NCBI GenBank assembly: GCA_048884965.1
Contig: JBHLQH010000007.1
Span: forward strand, 64,001 to 128,000
Direction of reading: 5' to 3'
Source: Candidatus Thorarchaeota archaeon
GTDB lineage: Archaea > Asgardarchaeota > Thorarchaeia > Thorarchaeales > Thorarchaeaceae
DNA: 64,000 bases
This document shows positions 28,575-39,223 of the stretch, piece after piece; positions within the stretch are counted from its first letter, which is position 1, and each line of letters starts with the position of its first letter. Below the pieces are notes generated by a model. The model was not told where the DNA came from. It did no database searches and saw nothing but the letters and a program-made list of their open reading frames with translations. The translations under genes were made by a program, and so were the position numbers.

Positions 28575-30947
28575 CTAGATACCAGTTACCAAGTGAGACG
28601 CTCCTACCATCACTTGACCAATAGACACTCCTCCATCTCCCGGAGGTATCCGACGATGGACTAATGGAGTCAATGCTGCAGACTTAATACTTGATACTAT
28701 TGCTTCTGTAATAATATGATTTAGAGCTACGCCTCCTGAGAATCCAATGTATCCTATGCCCTCTTGTTCGGCAACCTCTATCGCGAGACTTGCAAAACTA
28801 TGGCCGAGAAACCATTGAGCAGCATATGCCAATTGAGACACAGGCATGCCTTGATTCATATAATGGATCAAAGTTTGAATTGAGTCTGCTGTATCTATCA
28901 CTCGACGATTCCCGTCACGTAGAAAATGAGGTTCAATACGAAAATCTGTCTTCTTCGCTATTGCCTCAAGCTTCATTGGGCATTCTCCATCGTATGTATT
29001 GCTATCACAGACCCCTAGAACCGTAGCCACAGCATCAAGAAACCTACCAGCGCTTGAAGTCGTTATGGTATTGATCCCCTTGTCTATTATGCCAAGCAAT
29101 CTTGGAAGCATAGCCTCATTCAACACTACATTATCAGAAACCATATGCCCTTTTACTAGTGACACAATTTCATTCTCATCGAAGCTATCTTTTATCATCC
29201 CTATGAGTGGTCTAACTCCATACTTGGCAGAAAGATCTCCGCCAGGATATACATAGGACCGCAATCCTGCTTTATTCTCGAAACTCATACTATCTCCTAG
29301 AAGAATTTCTCCTCCCCATCCTGTTTTGTCCGCTCCATATCCATATCCATCTGCTGTAATACAGATAATACTTGTATCAGGCTTGAGATTGTGGTCGGCT
29401 AAGATGGAGGCAAGATGTGCATGATGATGTTGAACACGATAGAGAGGTACTTTCCAATCGGCACTAATCCTCTCTGCATGAAGTGTACTTAGAAATTCAG
29501 GATGCAAATCACAAGCAACCGCGTCAAACTTCTGCAATCCAATTAGATCAGCTAGATGGCGGTATGCATTTTCTAGGAACTCGATATTCTCTACATTATC
29601 AGTATCACCGATATATTGAGTGGGATAAAGAATACCTGATTTCAAGATAGTCGCCATAGCTTTTTCCTCAGGGCCAACCCCAAGAACCCGTAGTGATTTA
29701 TCAAATCCATCTATCAAGATGGGTTCTGGAGTATATCCTCTGGCGCGTCTGATGAAGAGTGGACTTTCCGCGTCGATGAATTTTATGACCGAATCGTCTG
29801 CTCTCTGGTGTATTCTCCTATTATGTAGTAGAAAATGATCAGCAATCCCTGAAAGTGCATGGACTATTACACTCGGATCTATATACATAGGAACTCCTGT
29901 GTGATTAGCACTTGTCATGACCAATGCTGGTTCTTTCAAGTATCTGAAGAGAAGGTGATGAACAGGTGCATACGGCAGCATCACACCTACGGTGTCTAGT
30001 CCAGGAGCAATCTCATCTAACACATCATGTTGTAATACAGATAATACACTCTCTGATGAGATTGAGTCTAGCATTCTCTTTCGTACTAGAACGATTGGTC
30101 TTTTCCAAGAAATGAGTAGCTTGCGTTCAGCTTCAGATAAGATGAAGTTCCTTTCCAGAGTTTCCAAATCTCTTACCATTATCGCAAATGGTCTTTGGAG
30201 TCTTTGCTTCCTTTGCCTTAGCTTTGTGATTGGATCAACACTGGACGTGATTGTTACTAGATGAGTTCCTGAAATCCCTTGGACTGCAAGCACTTCCCCT
30301 TGCTTGAGATATTCAGCTGAAGTCAAGATAGGATTAGGTGTGACTACATTGTTTCCTTTTCCATCCCTCAAATGATATGTAGGACCACATATCGCACAGG
30401 CTGTAGTTTGAGCATGATATCGTCTATCCATGGGATTTGTATAACCTGTATTACATGTATCACATAATGGAAAATCCTTCATTGTAGTATTCGGTCTGTC
30501 ATATGGAAGATCTGTAATAGTTGAGAACCGAGGTCCACATGCAGCACAAGAAGTGAATGGGTAATCCTTCCATCGAGATGATTGACTAGAAAGATCATCC
30601 TCACAACACTCACACATTGCAATATCAGGAGGTATAACCGGCTCTGACTCTTCGCTTTTCGTGATAGATGATTTCTCGATGACGAAATCATCATACTGTC
30701 CTTGGGTATCCTCCCAATCCAACTTAAACGAGTCAATACGTGCAATTGATGGAGGATCAGTCTTCAGGATATCAAGAAACTCTTGGATAGCTTCTCTTTT
30801 TCCTTCAACAACAATTCGCACACCCGCATCACCTAGGTTTAGGACATACCCTGTGAGAGAGAATTCCTTTGCGATTCTATATACAAAGGGCCTGAATCCT
30901 ACTCCTTGGACTATACCATTGATCTGAATTGTAGCTCGTATATTCAA
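28575..30947 (-). CDS. hypF: Hydrogenase maturation carbamoyltransferase
   Basis: GIVQGVGFRPFVY acylphosphatase domain, Zn fingers, VQHHHAH, PPGDGGVSIGQ. Confidence 0.95.
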   Translation of the reverse strand: MNIRATIQINGIVQGVGFRPFVYRIAKEFSLTGYVLNLGDAGVRIVVEGKREAIQEFLDILKTDPPSIARIDSFKLDWEDTQGQYDDFVIEKSSITKSEESEPVIPPDIAMCECCEDDLSSQSSRWKDYPFTSCAACGPRFSTITDLPYDRPNTTMKDFPLCDTCNTGYTNPMDRRYHAQTTACAICGPTYHLRDGKGNNVVTPNPILTSAEYLKQGEVLAVQGISGTHLVTITSSVDPITKLRQRKQRLQRPFAIMVRDLETLERNFILSEAERKLLISWKRPIVLVRKRMLDSISSESVLSVLQHDVLDEIAPGLDTVGVMLPYAPVHHLLFRYLKEPALVMTSANHTGVPMYIDPSVIVHALSGIADHFLLHNRRIHQRADDSVIKFIDAESPLFIRRARGYTPEPILIDGFDKSLRVLGVGPEEKAMATILKSGILYPTQYIGDTDNVENIEFLENAYRHLADLIGLQKFDAVACDLHPEFLSTLHAERISADWKVPLYRVQHHHAHLASILADHNLKPDTSIICITADGYGYGADKTGWGGEILLGDSMSFENKAGLRSYVYPGGDLSAKYGVRPLIGMIKDSFDENEIVSLVKGHMVSDNVVLNEAMLPRLLGIIDKGINTITTSSAGRFLDAVATVLGVCDSNTYDGECPMKLEAIAKKTDFRIEPHFLRDGNRRVIDTADSIQTLIHYMNQGMPVSQLAYAAQWFLGHSFASLAIEVAEQEGIGYIGFSGGVALNHIITEAIVSSIKSAALTPLVHRRIPPGDGGVSIGQVMVGASHLVTGI

Positions 30948-31050
30948 CCGGAAGGAACCTCTATATCTGGCATAATCTGTCAGAGATATTAATCCAGTGA
31001 AGTGGCAATTTCCCTTTATACATGTATTACAAGAATTACAAACTTTGTAG

Positions 31051-31503
31051 GTGCTCTTAAAGCTCTCTAAGCACTATAATATGATTGAAGTGCGGTCGAC
31101 ATCGGATAGGACGGGACCTATGTTCATTGAACCTGAAACAACTCCCTCCATACTAGCCAATATTCCCGAGTGCCTGAGAAGAGTTCTCAAAGAAACCTCT
31201 GAAGCAAGCACGAAAAAGAAAAGAGCTACATTAATCTCCAGTAATAGCTTGGCAAACAGATTTATTCTGGAACGATGGGGGATTCGTCCCTCACAAAGAA
31301 GACGGTTCAAGAATCTATTTGCATCAGTGCGAAAGCAATGTAGGAACATCTTTCAACATCTACTATCCAGGGGGAGACTGGAATGGAATATCGGCACAAC
31401 TAGATTCGTGTATGGAGTTTACAAATTCGATGAGATTCGTGGAAACCTGATCTTGGGCTTTGTTGACGTTCCGCCTGAAGAGGAGTGGACTCTTCCTATC
31501 TAA
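31051..31503 (+). CDS. Hypothetical basic protein; true start may be 31120
   Basis: R/K-rich ORF flanked by family A repeats on both sides. Confidence 0.55.
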   Translation: MLLKLSKHYNMIEVRSTSDRTGPMFIEPETTPSILANIPECLRRVLKETSEASTKKKRATLISSNSLANRFILERWGIRPSQRRRFKNLFASVRKQCRNIFQHLLSRGRLEWNIGTTRFVYGVYKFDEIRGNLILGFVDVPPEEEWTLPI

Positions 31504-31691
31504 TGAAACACACGTATTATCTGTATTACAATAGCAATAGTGAACCTTAAGAGATAGCAGATTCTACTTGTATACAATGTTGTATCCGCTCAAACAACAA
31601 TTAGAAACGTTTGTTAGACCACTCCTAGAGCAGCAAATTTCAATGTTTCTGACGATTTCAAGAAATCTTCCTAATCCAATGAGGTGCTGAA

Positions 31692-32243
31692 TTGAACGAA
31701 AGAAAACCCGAAACGCCGAATCAGGAAATTAGATCTGCAGCACAAAAGGCAAGACGAGCTCTTCGCGAACCCATGTTGAAAATTCTATTGGAGAGGTCCC
31801 TTCTTACCGATATACAGATGGAAACTCTACTAATCGATCTTGCGATAGAAGATCAAGTAGGAGATCATATCCCTTATGAAGACAAAGCCAGCATTCGCAG
31901 AAAATCAACAAGTAAATCGTCAGGTGTTTCTCGAGGCGCATTCAACCGAAGTCTAAGTCAGGCTCGTCGGAATGTCACACGGTGCCTCTATACCATGTTA
32001 CTATTAGCATATCTGGGACTATTTGACTATACTATATTTCGTCCATTTGAAGAATTATCCTCCAAGATTGGCGGGTACCAGAATATCCGAGAAGTACTTT
32101 CAGGTAGAGAAAATCTAACTACCGAGGATTTAGAAAGTTACAGAGCGGCAGAGCAGACAATAATGGAAGCACTTGAAGAATTGGCTTCACCTCTTATCCT
32201 TAAGTCAGAACTCTCTCGAAAGAAGCAGAACACTGATGAATAA
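31692..32243 (+). CDS. Putative HTH DNA-binding protein
   Basis: LLTDIQME...YEDKASIRR...GVSRGAFNRSLSQARRN resembles a sigma-region-4/Tfx-type HTH; GAGGTG SD. Confidence 0.6.
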   Translation: MNERKPETPNQEIRSAAQKARRALREPMLKILLERSLLTDIQMETLLIDLAIEDQVGDHIPYEDKASIRRKSTSKSSGVSRGAFNRSLSQARRNVTRCLYTMLLLAYLGLFDYTIFRPFEELSSKIGGYQNIREVLSGRENLTTEDLESYRAAEQTIMEALEELASPLILKSELSRKKQNTDE

Positions 32244-32573
32244 TACTTGTAATACAAGTATTCTATTAGAAAAAACGGCACGAATGTGTCGTACTCATAG
32301 GCACGGGGAACTGGACAAAGACTAGGATCCAAGCCGAATCGAATCGTCGCCCTATCTTCTGGAGGTTTATTGCTATGAGGAGATAGAGATAGAACCGAAG
32401 ACTCATTTCAGTTATATTCGATACCAATCTCTGTATAGTCGTATTCCTAAGATACGACACACTCATACTTTTCAGTACAACAATGATACATAGTTCTAAT
32501 CCTAGAACGAGCTGTTTTCAGATGATAAAGTGCGCAAAATCAATAATATATACATGTAATACAAGCAATACAA

Positions 32574-33878
32574 TTGAGGAAGAAGTCTTATTCCTCCTTG
32601 GATGGATATTTGTCCAAATCAAAGAGTCTTGTGATCATATTGGATGAGGAAAGTCCCTTTGAACGGATAATGAAAGCTAGTAAGAAGCACATTCAAAATT
32701 CTGAGAAAGAAGAGAACGTTCAAGCAATCACCAGTGCAATTGGCGAAAGACGCATGAGAGATCTTTTGGATAGTCTCGGAAAAACAGAAAGCTCGTTTGG
32801 ATGGCCTACTGCAGTTGAATACTTGATAGAATCATCAAACAAAGAATATCCAGTTCCTGTAGGATATGAAACTTCGAGCAAACCTCTTGAGTCTCTGAAA
32901 TTCAGGGAAGTGATATTCGATCTCTTCGATTGTCCTGGAATGGAACCAGTTTGTCTGGCTACGAATGCTCTACTAGAGGAGCTTTCGAACTCTGATTCAT
33001 ATATCTCAGCCAAATCAAAGTTCAGGGAACTTATCCACACTGCCACTGGCGAAAGTTTGGAAAATGGTGACACTCTTTTCTTCGAAACCGAGTTTCCCTC
33101 TACACTCTACTCAGATCATGAAATATTGAAAAAGGTAGAAGCATCTCAACTGAATGCCATCAAAGAAGTTAACCTTTCGTTTCAAGATGAGAGAATTCAT
33201 CTTCGGCCTCTCTGGTACTTGGAGCATAGTAGGAAGGCCTTAGCAGAACTTGGAATTCAGGATTCTTCGATTGACCCTGAATTATTCGCTATTGTAATAT
33301 CTGTATTACAAGTACCGCTTGAAATCAAGCAGCAAATCAAACAGTCATTAGGTGCTACATCTATCATGAACGAACCTGTGCAGCCTATGAATCCAGAATA
33401 CCAGTATCTGTTGGAATCTATCATCAATTGCGATGTTGAAAATCTAAGGAAACTTGGAAGTCGCCATGCATTTCCGACTTTTAGCTATCTTTTGAAGACA
33501 TATGCTGACAGATATAGATCATCAGAGAGTAGTACAGATTATCGGAACCTCCTATTGGCAATACGGGATCACATTTCTATCAGATGGAATGACTCTATTA
33601 TTGCTATTGCAGACCTAACTCAGATTTCGGACAATCGAATAACTACAGATGCGATTAGTGCACTTGGAAACTTCTATCATGAGTCAGCAGCATCTACATT
33701 AACAGAGATATTCTGTAAATCAACAGACAAGAGCAATCGCCGCTTGATATTGAAAACCATTGCTCATCTTGCAACAAGATGCCCGGAAACCAAGGAATCG
33801 GTTCGCCATGCACTCTCACAAGATTGCATGAACGATGGAGAACTTCGAAAGTTCTATGGGAAGACTTGGAAGATATGA
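32574..33878 (+). CDS. Hypothetical protein with C-terminal HEAT-like repeats
   Basis: RITTDAISALGNF...AASTLTEIF helical repeat pattern. Confidence 0.55.
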   Translation: MRKKSYSSLDGYLSKSKSLVIILDEESPFERIMKASKKHIQNSEKEENVQAITSAIGERRMRDLLDSLGKTESSFGWPTAVEYLIESSNKEYPVPVGYETSSKPLESLKFREVIFDLFDCPGMEPVCLATNALLEELSNSDSYISAKSKFRELIHTATGESLENGDTLFFETEFPSTLYSDHEILKKVEASQLNAIKEVNLSFQDERIHLRPLWYLEHSRKALAELGIQDSSIDPELFAIVISVLQVPLEIKQQIKQSLGATSIMNEPVQPMNPEYQYLLESIINCDVENLRKLGSRHAFPTFSYLLKTYADRYRSSESSTDYRNLLLAIRDHISIRWNDSIIAIADLTQISDNRITTDAISALGNFYHESAASTLTEIFCKSTDKSNRRLILKTIAHLATRCPETKESVRHALSQDCMNDGELRKFYGKTWKI

Positions 33879-33948
33879 TACTATACATATAATACTTGTA
33901 ATACAACCACTCGACAAACATAAATCAGGAGTCGAATTCGCACAGTAC

Positions 33949-35346
33949 ATGAATAGTCTACAGGCTGGCAAGACCGCTGATATTGATCCTTTCTTCAATC
34001 CGAAACGAGTCGCCTTGGTAGGAGCCTCTTCTGATTATAGGAAATTGGGGAATTCTATACTAATGAATCTCCTAGCATCAGAAATTGAAATCTACCCAAT
34101 TAGTAGGTCTAGCGATTATATTCTTGGAGCCAAAGTCTATCCAAGCCTGGAAGACTTGCCTGTTCCAGTAGATCTTGCAATAATAGTTGTAGCTGCTAAA
34201 TATTGCTCGAGTCTAATGACCGAAGTGAAGAAAGCTGGAGCGAGTCATGCGGTTGTAATCTCAGGAGGATTCAGCGAAACAGGACCTGAAGGACTTGAGC
34301 TAGAGCAGGAACTTGTTTCTGCAGCAAACAAAGCTGATGTCAGAATCATTGGACCAAATTGCGTAGGAGTATCAAACAGTAGACTATTCAACGGGACCTT
34401 TACCATGATGCCAGAACGCGGCAATATCGCACTACTATCCCAAAGTGGGGCACTAGGTGGAATGATTATCTATACTACTCGCGCCAAGAGGATTGGAGTA
34501 AGCAAGTTCGCAAGTATCGGCAATGCTGCTGACGTTGGATTTGTTGAGGTGCTAGATTATTTCCGGGAAGATATACGTACTAAAGTGATAGCTGTCTATG
34601 TAGAAGGTGTGGACGACGGAAGAGGATTCTTTGAGTCCCTTAGATATGCCGCAAAAGCGAAACCTACTGTTGTTCTCAAAGGTGGGCAGAGCGAGGCTGG
34701 AAGTAAAGCAACACAGAGCCATACTGGATCCCTAGCAGGATCTAGTAAGATATTCGATGGAATGGTAAAGCAAGCAGGTTGTGTGTCTGCTCCCACCCTT
34801 GACTCACTTCTTGAGATTTGCAAGCTTTTCGATTACCAGCCACTTCCTAAGGGGCGTAATATCGGTATTATCAGTAATACAGGTGGCGCGGGAGTGTTAG
34901 CCACTGATGCAGCCTCGAGCCTAGGATTGAATATCCCCTCTCTTGGCCATGAAACAACACATGAGCTCCGGCAAGTTCTTTCTCCCATGGCATCTGTCAA
35001 TAATCCCATTGATGTAGTAGCATCCGGTGGAAGGCGGGAGTATCGTGTAGCAACTGAGCTCCTTCTCAAAGATCCTTCCGTGGATATGCTTCTAGTAGTC
35101 TGTGCAGTTCCTACTTTCGCAGGGATGACCCAAACAGAACATGCTGCAGGAACTCTCGAAGGAGTTCGATCTGCTGGAACTGAGAAACCTGTAGTTGGAG
35201 TATGGCTATCGGCGGATGTTGGAAAACCTGGGAAGGATCTTCTTGAGATGAATCGAATTCCATGTTACGATGATCCTGCATTGGCAGCTCTTTGCATGTC
35301 TAAAACTGCAGAGTATGCTTACTACTTAGATCGCAACAAATGGTGA
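33949..35346 (+). CDS. acdA: ADP-forming acyl-CoA synthetase alpha subunit
   Basis: FFNPKRVALVGAS, ISGGFSE, GPNCVG, SQSGA, SHTGSLAG, NPIDV. Confidence 0.9.
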   Translation: MNSLQAGKTADIDPFFNPKRVALVGASSDYRKLGNSILMNLLASEIEIYPISRSSDYILGAKVYPSLEDLPVPVDLAIIVVAAKYCSSLMTEVKKAGASHAVVISGGFSETGPEGLELEQELVSAANKADVRIIGPNCVGVSNSRLFNGTFTMMPERGNIALLSQSGALGGMIIYTTRAKRIGVSKFASIGNAADVGFVEVLDYFREDIRTKVIAVYVEGVDDGRGFFESLRYAAKAKPTVVLKGGQSEAGSKATQSHTGSLAGSSKIFDGMVKQAGCVSAPTLDSLLEICKLFDYQPLPKGRNIGIISNTGGAGVLATDAASSLGLNIPSLGHETTHELRQVLSPMASVNNPIDVVASGGRREYRVATELLLKDPSVDMLLVVCAVPTFAGMTQTEHAAGTLEGVRSAGTEKPVVGVWLSADVGKPGKDLLEMNRIPCYDDPALAALCMSKTAEYAYYLDRNKW

Positions 35347-35370
35347 GATGTATTATTCGTATTACAGTTA

Positions 35371-35679
35371 TCAATTAAGGAACTCATGTGCGATTGACGG
35401 GAACTCATCCACCAAGGCATCTCTAAGCTTCTTTTCAACCCATAAACTCAGATTGATAGCCTTCTCATTTCTGACTGCTTGAAGACAAGATCTCAGTTCA
35501 GTAGTTACACTAAACGACATTATAGGACTCTTTCTTTCCTTATTTGGAACTGCAACTGGAGCTGAGTCTTCTTGTGTCGATACAACCCTTGTTGCTGTTG
35601 AGGCCGCAGAACTAACTGTAGTCTTTTCTTCTTCATCACGTCGTTCTTCTTCTTTCCGGTATTTTCCTAGTAGGCTCAT
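35371..35679 (-). CDS. Ribbon-helix-helix DNA-binding protein with disordered N-terminal tail
   Basis: Charged/S-T-rich N-terminal half, then beta strand IMSFSV, helix TELRSCLQAVRNE, turn, helix NLSLWVEKKLRDAL; TAATG stop/start coupling to the upstream ATPase. Confidence 0.7.
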   Translation of the reverse strand: MSLLGKYRKEEERRDEEEKTTVSSAASTATRVVSTQEDSAPVAVPNKERKSPIMSFSVTTELRSCLQAVRNEKAINLSLWVEKKLRDALVDEFPSIAHEFLN

Positions 35680-36674
35680 TAGCCCACCTCCTTCAGGATT
35701 GATTCGTAAGCACTTGCCACAAGCGAGGCAATCTCAACATCAACATCAGGCTTGCCCGCTCTCTTGAGATTCTCTGCTGCAACTTGTTGGCATCCTCTTG
35801 CTAGCATTCGAATGTCACGAGGATTGCCTTTTGCAGCACCATTGAGTACAGCAATCGACTCTTCGTGGAATGGATAGATACTGAACTCATCAGGGTCGAA
35901 TACGTCGATTTGTCCTTTCGCATAGGCAATTCTCCTACCGATGAATTCCTTCGCTTTCGCGTCGTTCAAAGGCGGGACATCCAATGGTTCTGTCCTATCT
36001 GCAATCTGCGGCAAGAATGATAGCATTGCGTTCCAGTACAAGACCGTACCAGACATTACCAGTGTTACAATGGGCTCATCAAGAGCTGTGCCACCATATT
36101 CATCCTTCATCTCTTCAGTTGGAAGATCTGCAAGGAAACGTAGCTTGTGAAATGCAGCTTCCTGATTGTCAGCAACATCTTCAATGAACAGCGCAGTACG
36201 ACTTTTTTCCTCGATGTATCTTCTCACACTCTCTTGAGCTACAGCATCAATGATTTGACTAGATTCCCATGACCTTCGATACTTGATACGCAGCGAATCT
36301 GCAATAGCAGCGCTCATCTGTTTCTCATAGAGCCCGGTCATACCGACATAGCCGGTGATGAACTTGTTCCCTCTTCTATCCGCAAGCGTGGGGAGATCTC
36401 TAAGTGCAAGTAGCATCAATGTGCTTTTTCCGCTACCTACTGGACCTCTAAGAAAGATGTGTCTTTCATTCGTAATTATGAGATCCACGATGGAATCTAA
36501 GAAGTCCGGATGCTCAACATAGAGTCTGCTATCAGGCATTTTGAAACCTCTGAAGGGGCTAAAGCGAGCTCCAATCTTCTCTTCCCAAGCTCTCAGGGTT
36601 TCCTTTCGCGTGTTGAAATGGCGTATCAATGCGGATTCGTGGATGGCTATGGTCATCGTCAAACCTCGTATCAC
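35679..36674 (-). CDS. ExeA-like AAA+ ATPase
   Basis: SPF...LYV.H, GPVGSGKST, ALFIED, VMSGT, PQIADR, PPL...EFIGRRI..A.G, GNPRDI. Confidence 0.8.
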   Translation of the reverse strand: MIRGLTMTIAIHESALIRHFNTRKETLRAWEEKIGARFSPFRGFKMPDSRLYVEHPDFLDSIVDLIITNERHIFLRGPVGSGKSTLMLLALRDLPTLADRRGNKFITGYVGMTGLYEKQMSAAIADSLRIKYRRSWESSQIIDAVAQESVRRYIEEKSRTALFIEDVADNQEAAFHKLRFLADLPTEEMKDEYGGTALDEPIVTLVMSGTVLYWNAMLSFLPQIADRTEPLDVPPLNDAKAKEFIGRRIAYAKGQIDVFDPDEFSIYPFHEESIAVLNGAAKGNPRDIRMLARGCQQVAAENLKRAGKPDVDVEIASLVASAYESILKEVG

Positions 36675-36834
36675 ATGTACTTATTGTAATACAATTATCA
36701 ATTGCCTTTCACTGATAAAGGTTGTGAGAAATATATCGGACTGGCGCCATACATTTTCATACACAACCTTTTTGAACTGAAAACATTCGTGTTGGTATCG
36801 GACACTTTGTCCTAATTTCAGGAGAACCCCAATT

Positions 36835-37113
36835 ATGGATGTCAGCCGGATTCAAAGAATCTTGACCTCGCTAATGATACTCAGCTTCCTAATCTTTGGC
36901 CTATTAGCTGGAGTTATACTGATCACTGATGCACCTGTGGATAGTTCAACAGCATCACTTCCCTTCGCATTTCTTTTCATCTCAGCCATGTCTCTCATCA
37001 CAACAGGACAAATCAACGAGAATCCAAAAAGAGTGGAAAAACACCTCCGAGATTGGCTACTTTTGTGTGTCATAGCTGTGGTTATCAGTGCACTGGCCTT
37101 CGGGTTTGCATAA
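36835..37113 (+). CDS. Small 3-TM membrane protein
   Basis: Three hydrophobic segments; AGGAG SD; divergent from the ATPase-RHH operon. Confidence 0.6.
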   Translation: MDVSRIQRILTSLMILSFLIFGLLAGVILITDAPVDSSTASLPFAFLFISAMSLITTGQINENPKRVEKHLRDWLLLCVIAVVISALAFGFA

Positions 37114-37199
37114 TACGCATCAAAACAGTTTTAGGAACTCATTGAGTGTCTGTGCTACTGCATATCTTTGCAATAAGTTTCTCTGAAGATGTGACCAAC

Positions 37200-37829
37200 A
37201 TGAGTAAAATTCTTGCAGGTACCAAGACTACCCGAATGGAGTTATTACGGCTCAAGAACAGAATGCGTTTAGCTGAACGTGGTCACAATCTACTGAAGGA
37301 GAAACGTGATTCCCTCATTATGGAGTTCTTCAACGCTATTTCTGAGATTAAGGAAGCAAGGCAATCCGTTGAAGGTACTCTATCTGAAGCTTTCTCAAGC
37401 CTTACCCAAGCAAAAATGGTAATGGGACCTGCTCGAGTCATTGAGTTTGCATACGCGAGCAAGGTACAGACTGACATTAGCATAGCAACACGGTCGATGA
37501 TGGGTGTGAGAGTGCCTGTGATGAGCGTTGAGCAACACGTCCCAGAGCTTCCTTATTCGCTTCCCGATTCTAGCGCTCGCTTGGATACCATGAGCATCAA
37601 ATTCAGAGAAGCACTAAAATCACTTACTCGGCTTGCTGAAATCGAGTCCACTGTCAAAAGACTAGCTCTTGAAATCGAACGAACCAAGAGAAGAGTATCC
37701 GCTCTTGAAACAATCGTGATTCCACGTCTTGATGCGTCTGCTCGATTTGTTAGACTTGCGCTTGAGGAACGAGAACGAGAAGACTTCATACGCTTGAAGA
37801 TGATTCGTGATCGAATGGATGTATCCTAG
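37200..37829 (+). CDS. atpD: A/V-type ATP synthase subunit D
   Basis: TRMELLRLK, GHNLLKEKRDSL, EIERTKRRVSALE, LEEREREDFIRLK. Confidence 0.93.
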   Translation: MSKILAGTKTTRMELLRLKNRMRLAERGHNLLKEKRDSLIMEFFNAISEIKEARQSVEGTLSEAFSSLTQAKMVMGPARVIEFAYASKVQTDISIATRSMMGVRVPVMSVEQHVPELPYSLPDSSARLDTMSIKFREALKSLTRLAEIESTVKRLALEIERTKRRVSALETIVIPRLDASARFVRLALEEREREDFIRLKMIRDRMDVS

Positions 37830-37937
37830 CATTTCAATCTCAGAGGGCATATTGTTTTCCTTACGGCGGATCATAGACCTAGAGCCTCTTCGATTGAAAT
37901 GCCAGAGAGTTGTGATACTTGTAATACAATCTCTACT

Positions 37938-38330
37938 CTAACGTTTCAGTTTGAGTATGGCGGCAGCAAGATCTCCATCAGTTTCCTTGAGAGCCTCAGT
38001 AGCCTCTTCTATACTAACGCCTGTCTGCGCAGCAACGAGAGCAGCATCTTCGACAGGAATCTCGATCTCCTTTGGTCCGGGATAGTTGTCTGCACCATCT
38101 GCAGCTGCTTCTACAGCGGCAGTCAACCCACGTTCAGTCTTGGCGCCAGATACTTGGTATGACTCACTCCCTGCCTGCTTGATCACGCCTACCTGCGGGT
38201 TCGATATGAGCCACTCCTTGTCCTGGAAGCGGATGATCACTTCCTTGACGCCCTTCAGGTCGTTCTGCTCTATACCCATCTTCTTCATCATTCTGGCCAT
38301 TTGCTTTGGAGACATACCTCGGAATCCCAT
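37938..38330 (-). CDS. nac: Nascent polypeptide-associated complex protein
   Basis: MMKKMGI...VKEVII and C-terminal UBA ALKETDGDLAAAILKL. Confidence 0.92.
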   Translation of the reverse strand: MGFRGMSPKQMARMMKKMGIEQNDLKGVKEVIIRFQDKEWLISNPQVGVIKQAGSESYQVSGAKTERGLTAAVEAAADGADNYPGPKEIEIPVEDAALVAAQTGVSIEEATEALKETDGDLAAAILKLKR

Positions 38331-38383
38331 GTTGTTTCTTCCTCACCAGTCCTAGCTTGAATAGTGGATAAAACGATTATGCT

Positions 38384-39223
38384 TCAGACGTTGTGCTGGG
38401 AAGGTCGTAGCTCGATGTCGAAGACATAATGTACGATGCCTGGGGAGTAATGTTTCACCTCTCGGTAGGTAGGTCTCGCTTGGAAGTCGTGGACCTGAGC
38501 TATTGTACTAATTGTATTACAATATGCATTAGCCTCGGCCGCAGGAATCGCAGTATGGAGATGGACCCATCCACCCTTGGGAGAGAGGGTCTCTAAAGCA
38601 GCGGGAAGGAAATCGATGGTATCGTGGAGGTACCCCATCACGACCCGATCAGCGATACCGACTGGATGCACTTCCCTACAATCACCAAGAACTGCTCTCA
38701 TTCTATCCTGAACATTGTTGAGCATGATGTTCTCCTGAAGGAACCTGAAAGCTTCGGGATTGATCTCGATGGCGGTGACATGGGCATTGGTCCTAGCAGC
38801 GATATGTAGCCCGAACTGTCCTACACATGCGAACATATCAACGACGTGCTCATGCGCTGCTACTCTCTTGGGAAGAGATATCCGCTCTCCACGGTTCCCT
38901 CTTGAGAAGGTAAGGCGAAGGGGATCGACACGAAACCTCACCCCATTCTCTGTGTGGGTCGTTAGGGTATCCAAATCCCCTGCGACAAGAGCGAAGGATG
39001 GGAGCCGGGTTTCTCCCTCGGTGGGTCCCGTTCGAACAGCGACGGACCTGATCCTGGAATCATAGTCCAAGGTCAGCTTACCTATCCTTGACGCAAGCTT
39101 TGGGTCATCGAAGGGGAGGGTAAGGAGAGCGACATGGCCGACGACATCATATCCTCTAGGAAGGATCAAGTTCTCTGGGATGCTATCTGCAAGGTTTGAC
39201 TTGAGATATTCTCGGTATCGCAT
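38384..39223 (-). CDS. Trm5/Taw2-family tRNA-modifying SAM-dependent transferase
   Basis: HTENGVRF, FSRGNRGER, DMFACVGQF, IEINP, ADRVVMGY. Confidence 0.82.
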   Translation of the reverse strand: MRYREYLKSNLADSIPENLILPRGYDVVGHVALLTLPFDDPKLASRIGKLTLDYDSRIRSVAVRTGPTEGETRLPSFALVAGDLDTLTTHTENGVRFRVDPLRLTFSRGNRGERISLPKRVAAHEHVVDMFACVGQFGLHIAARTNAHVTAIEINPEAFRFLQENIMLNNVQDRMRAVLGDCREVHPVGIADRVVMGYLHDTIDFLPAALETLSPKGGWVHLHTAIPAAEANAYCNTISTIAQVHDFQARPTYREVKHYSPGIVHYVFDIELRPSQHNV

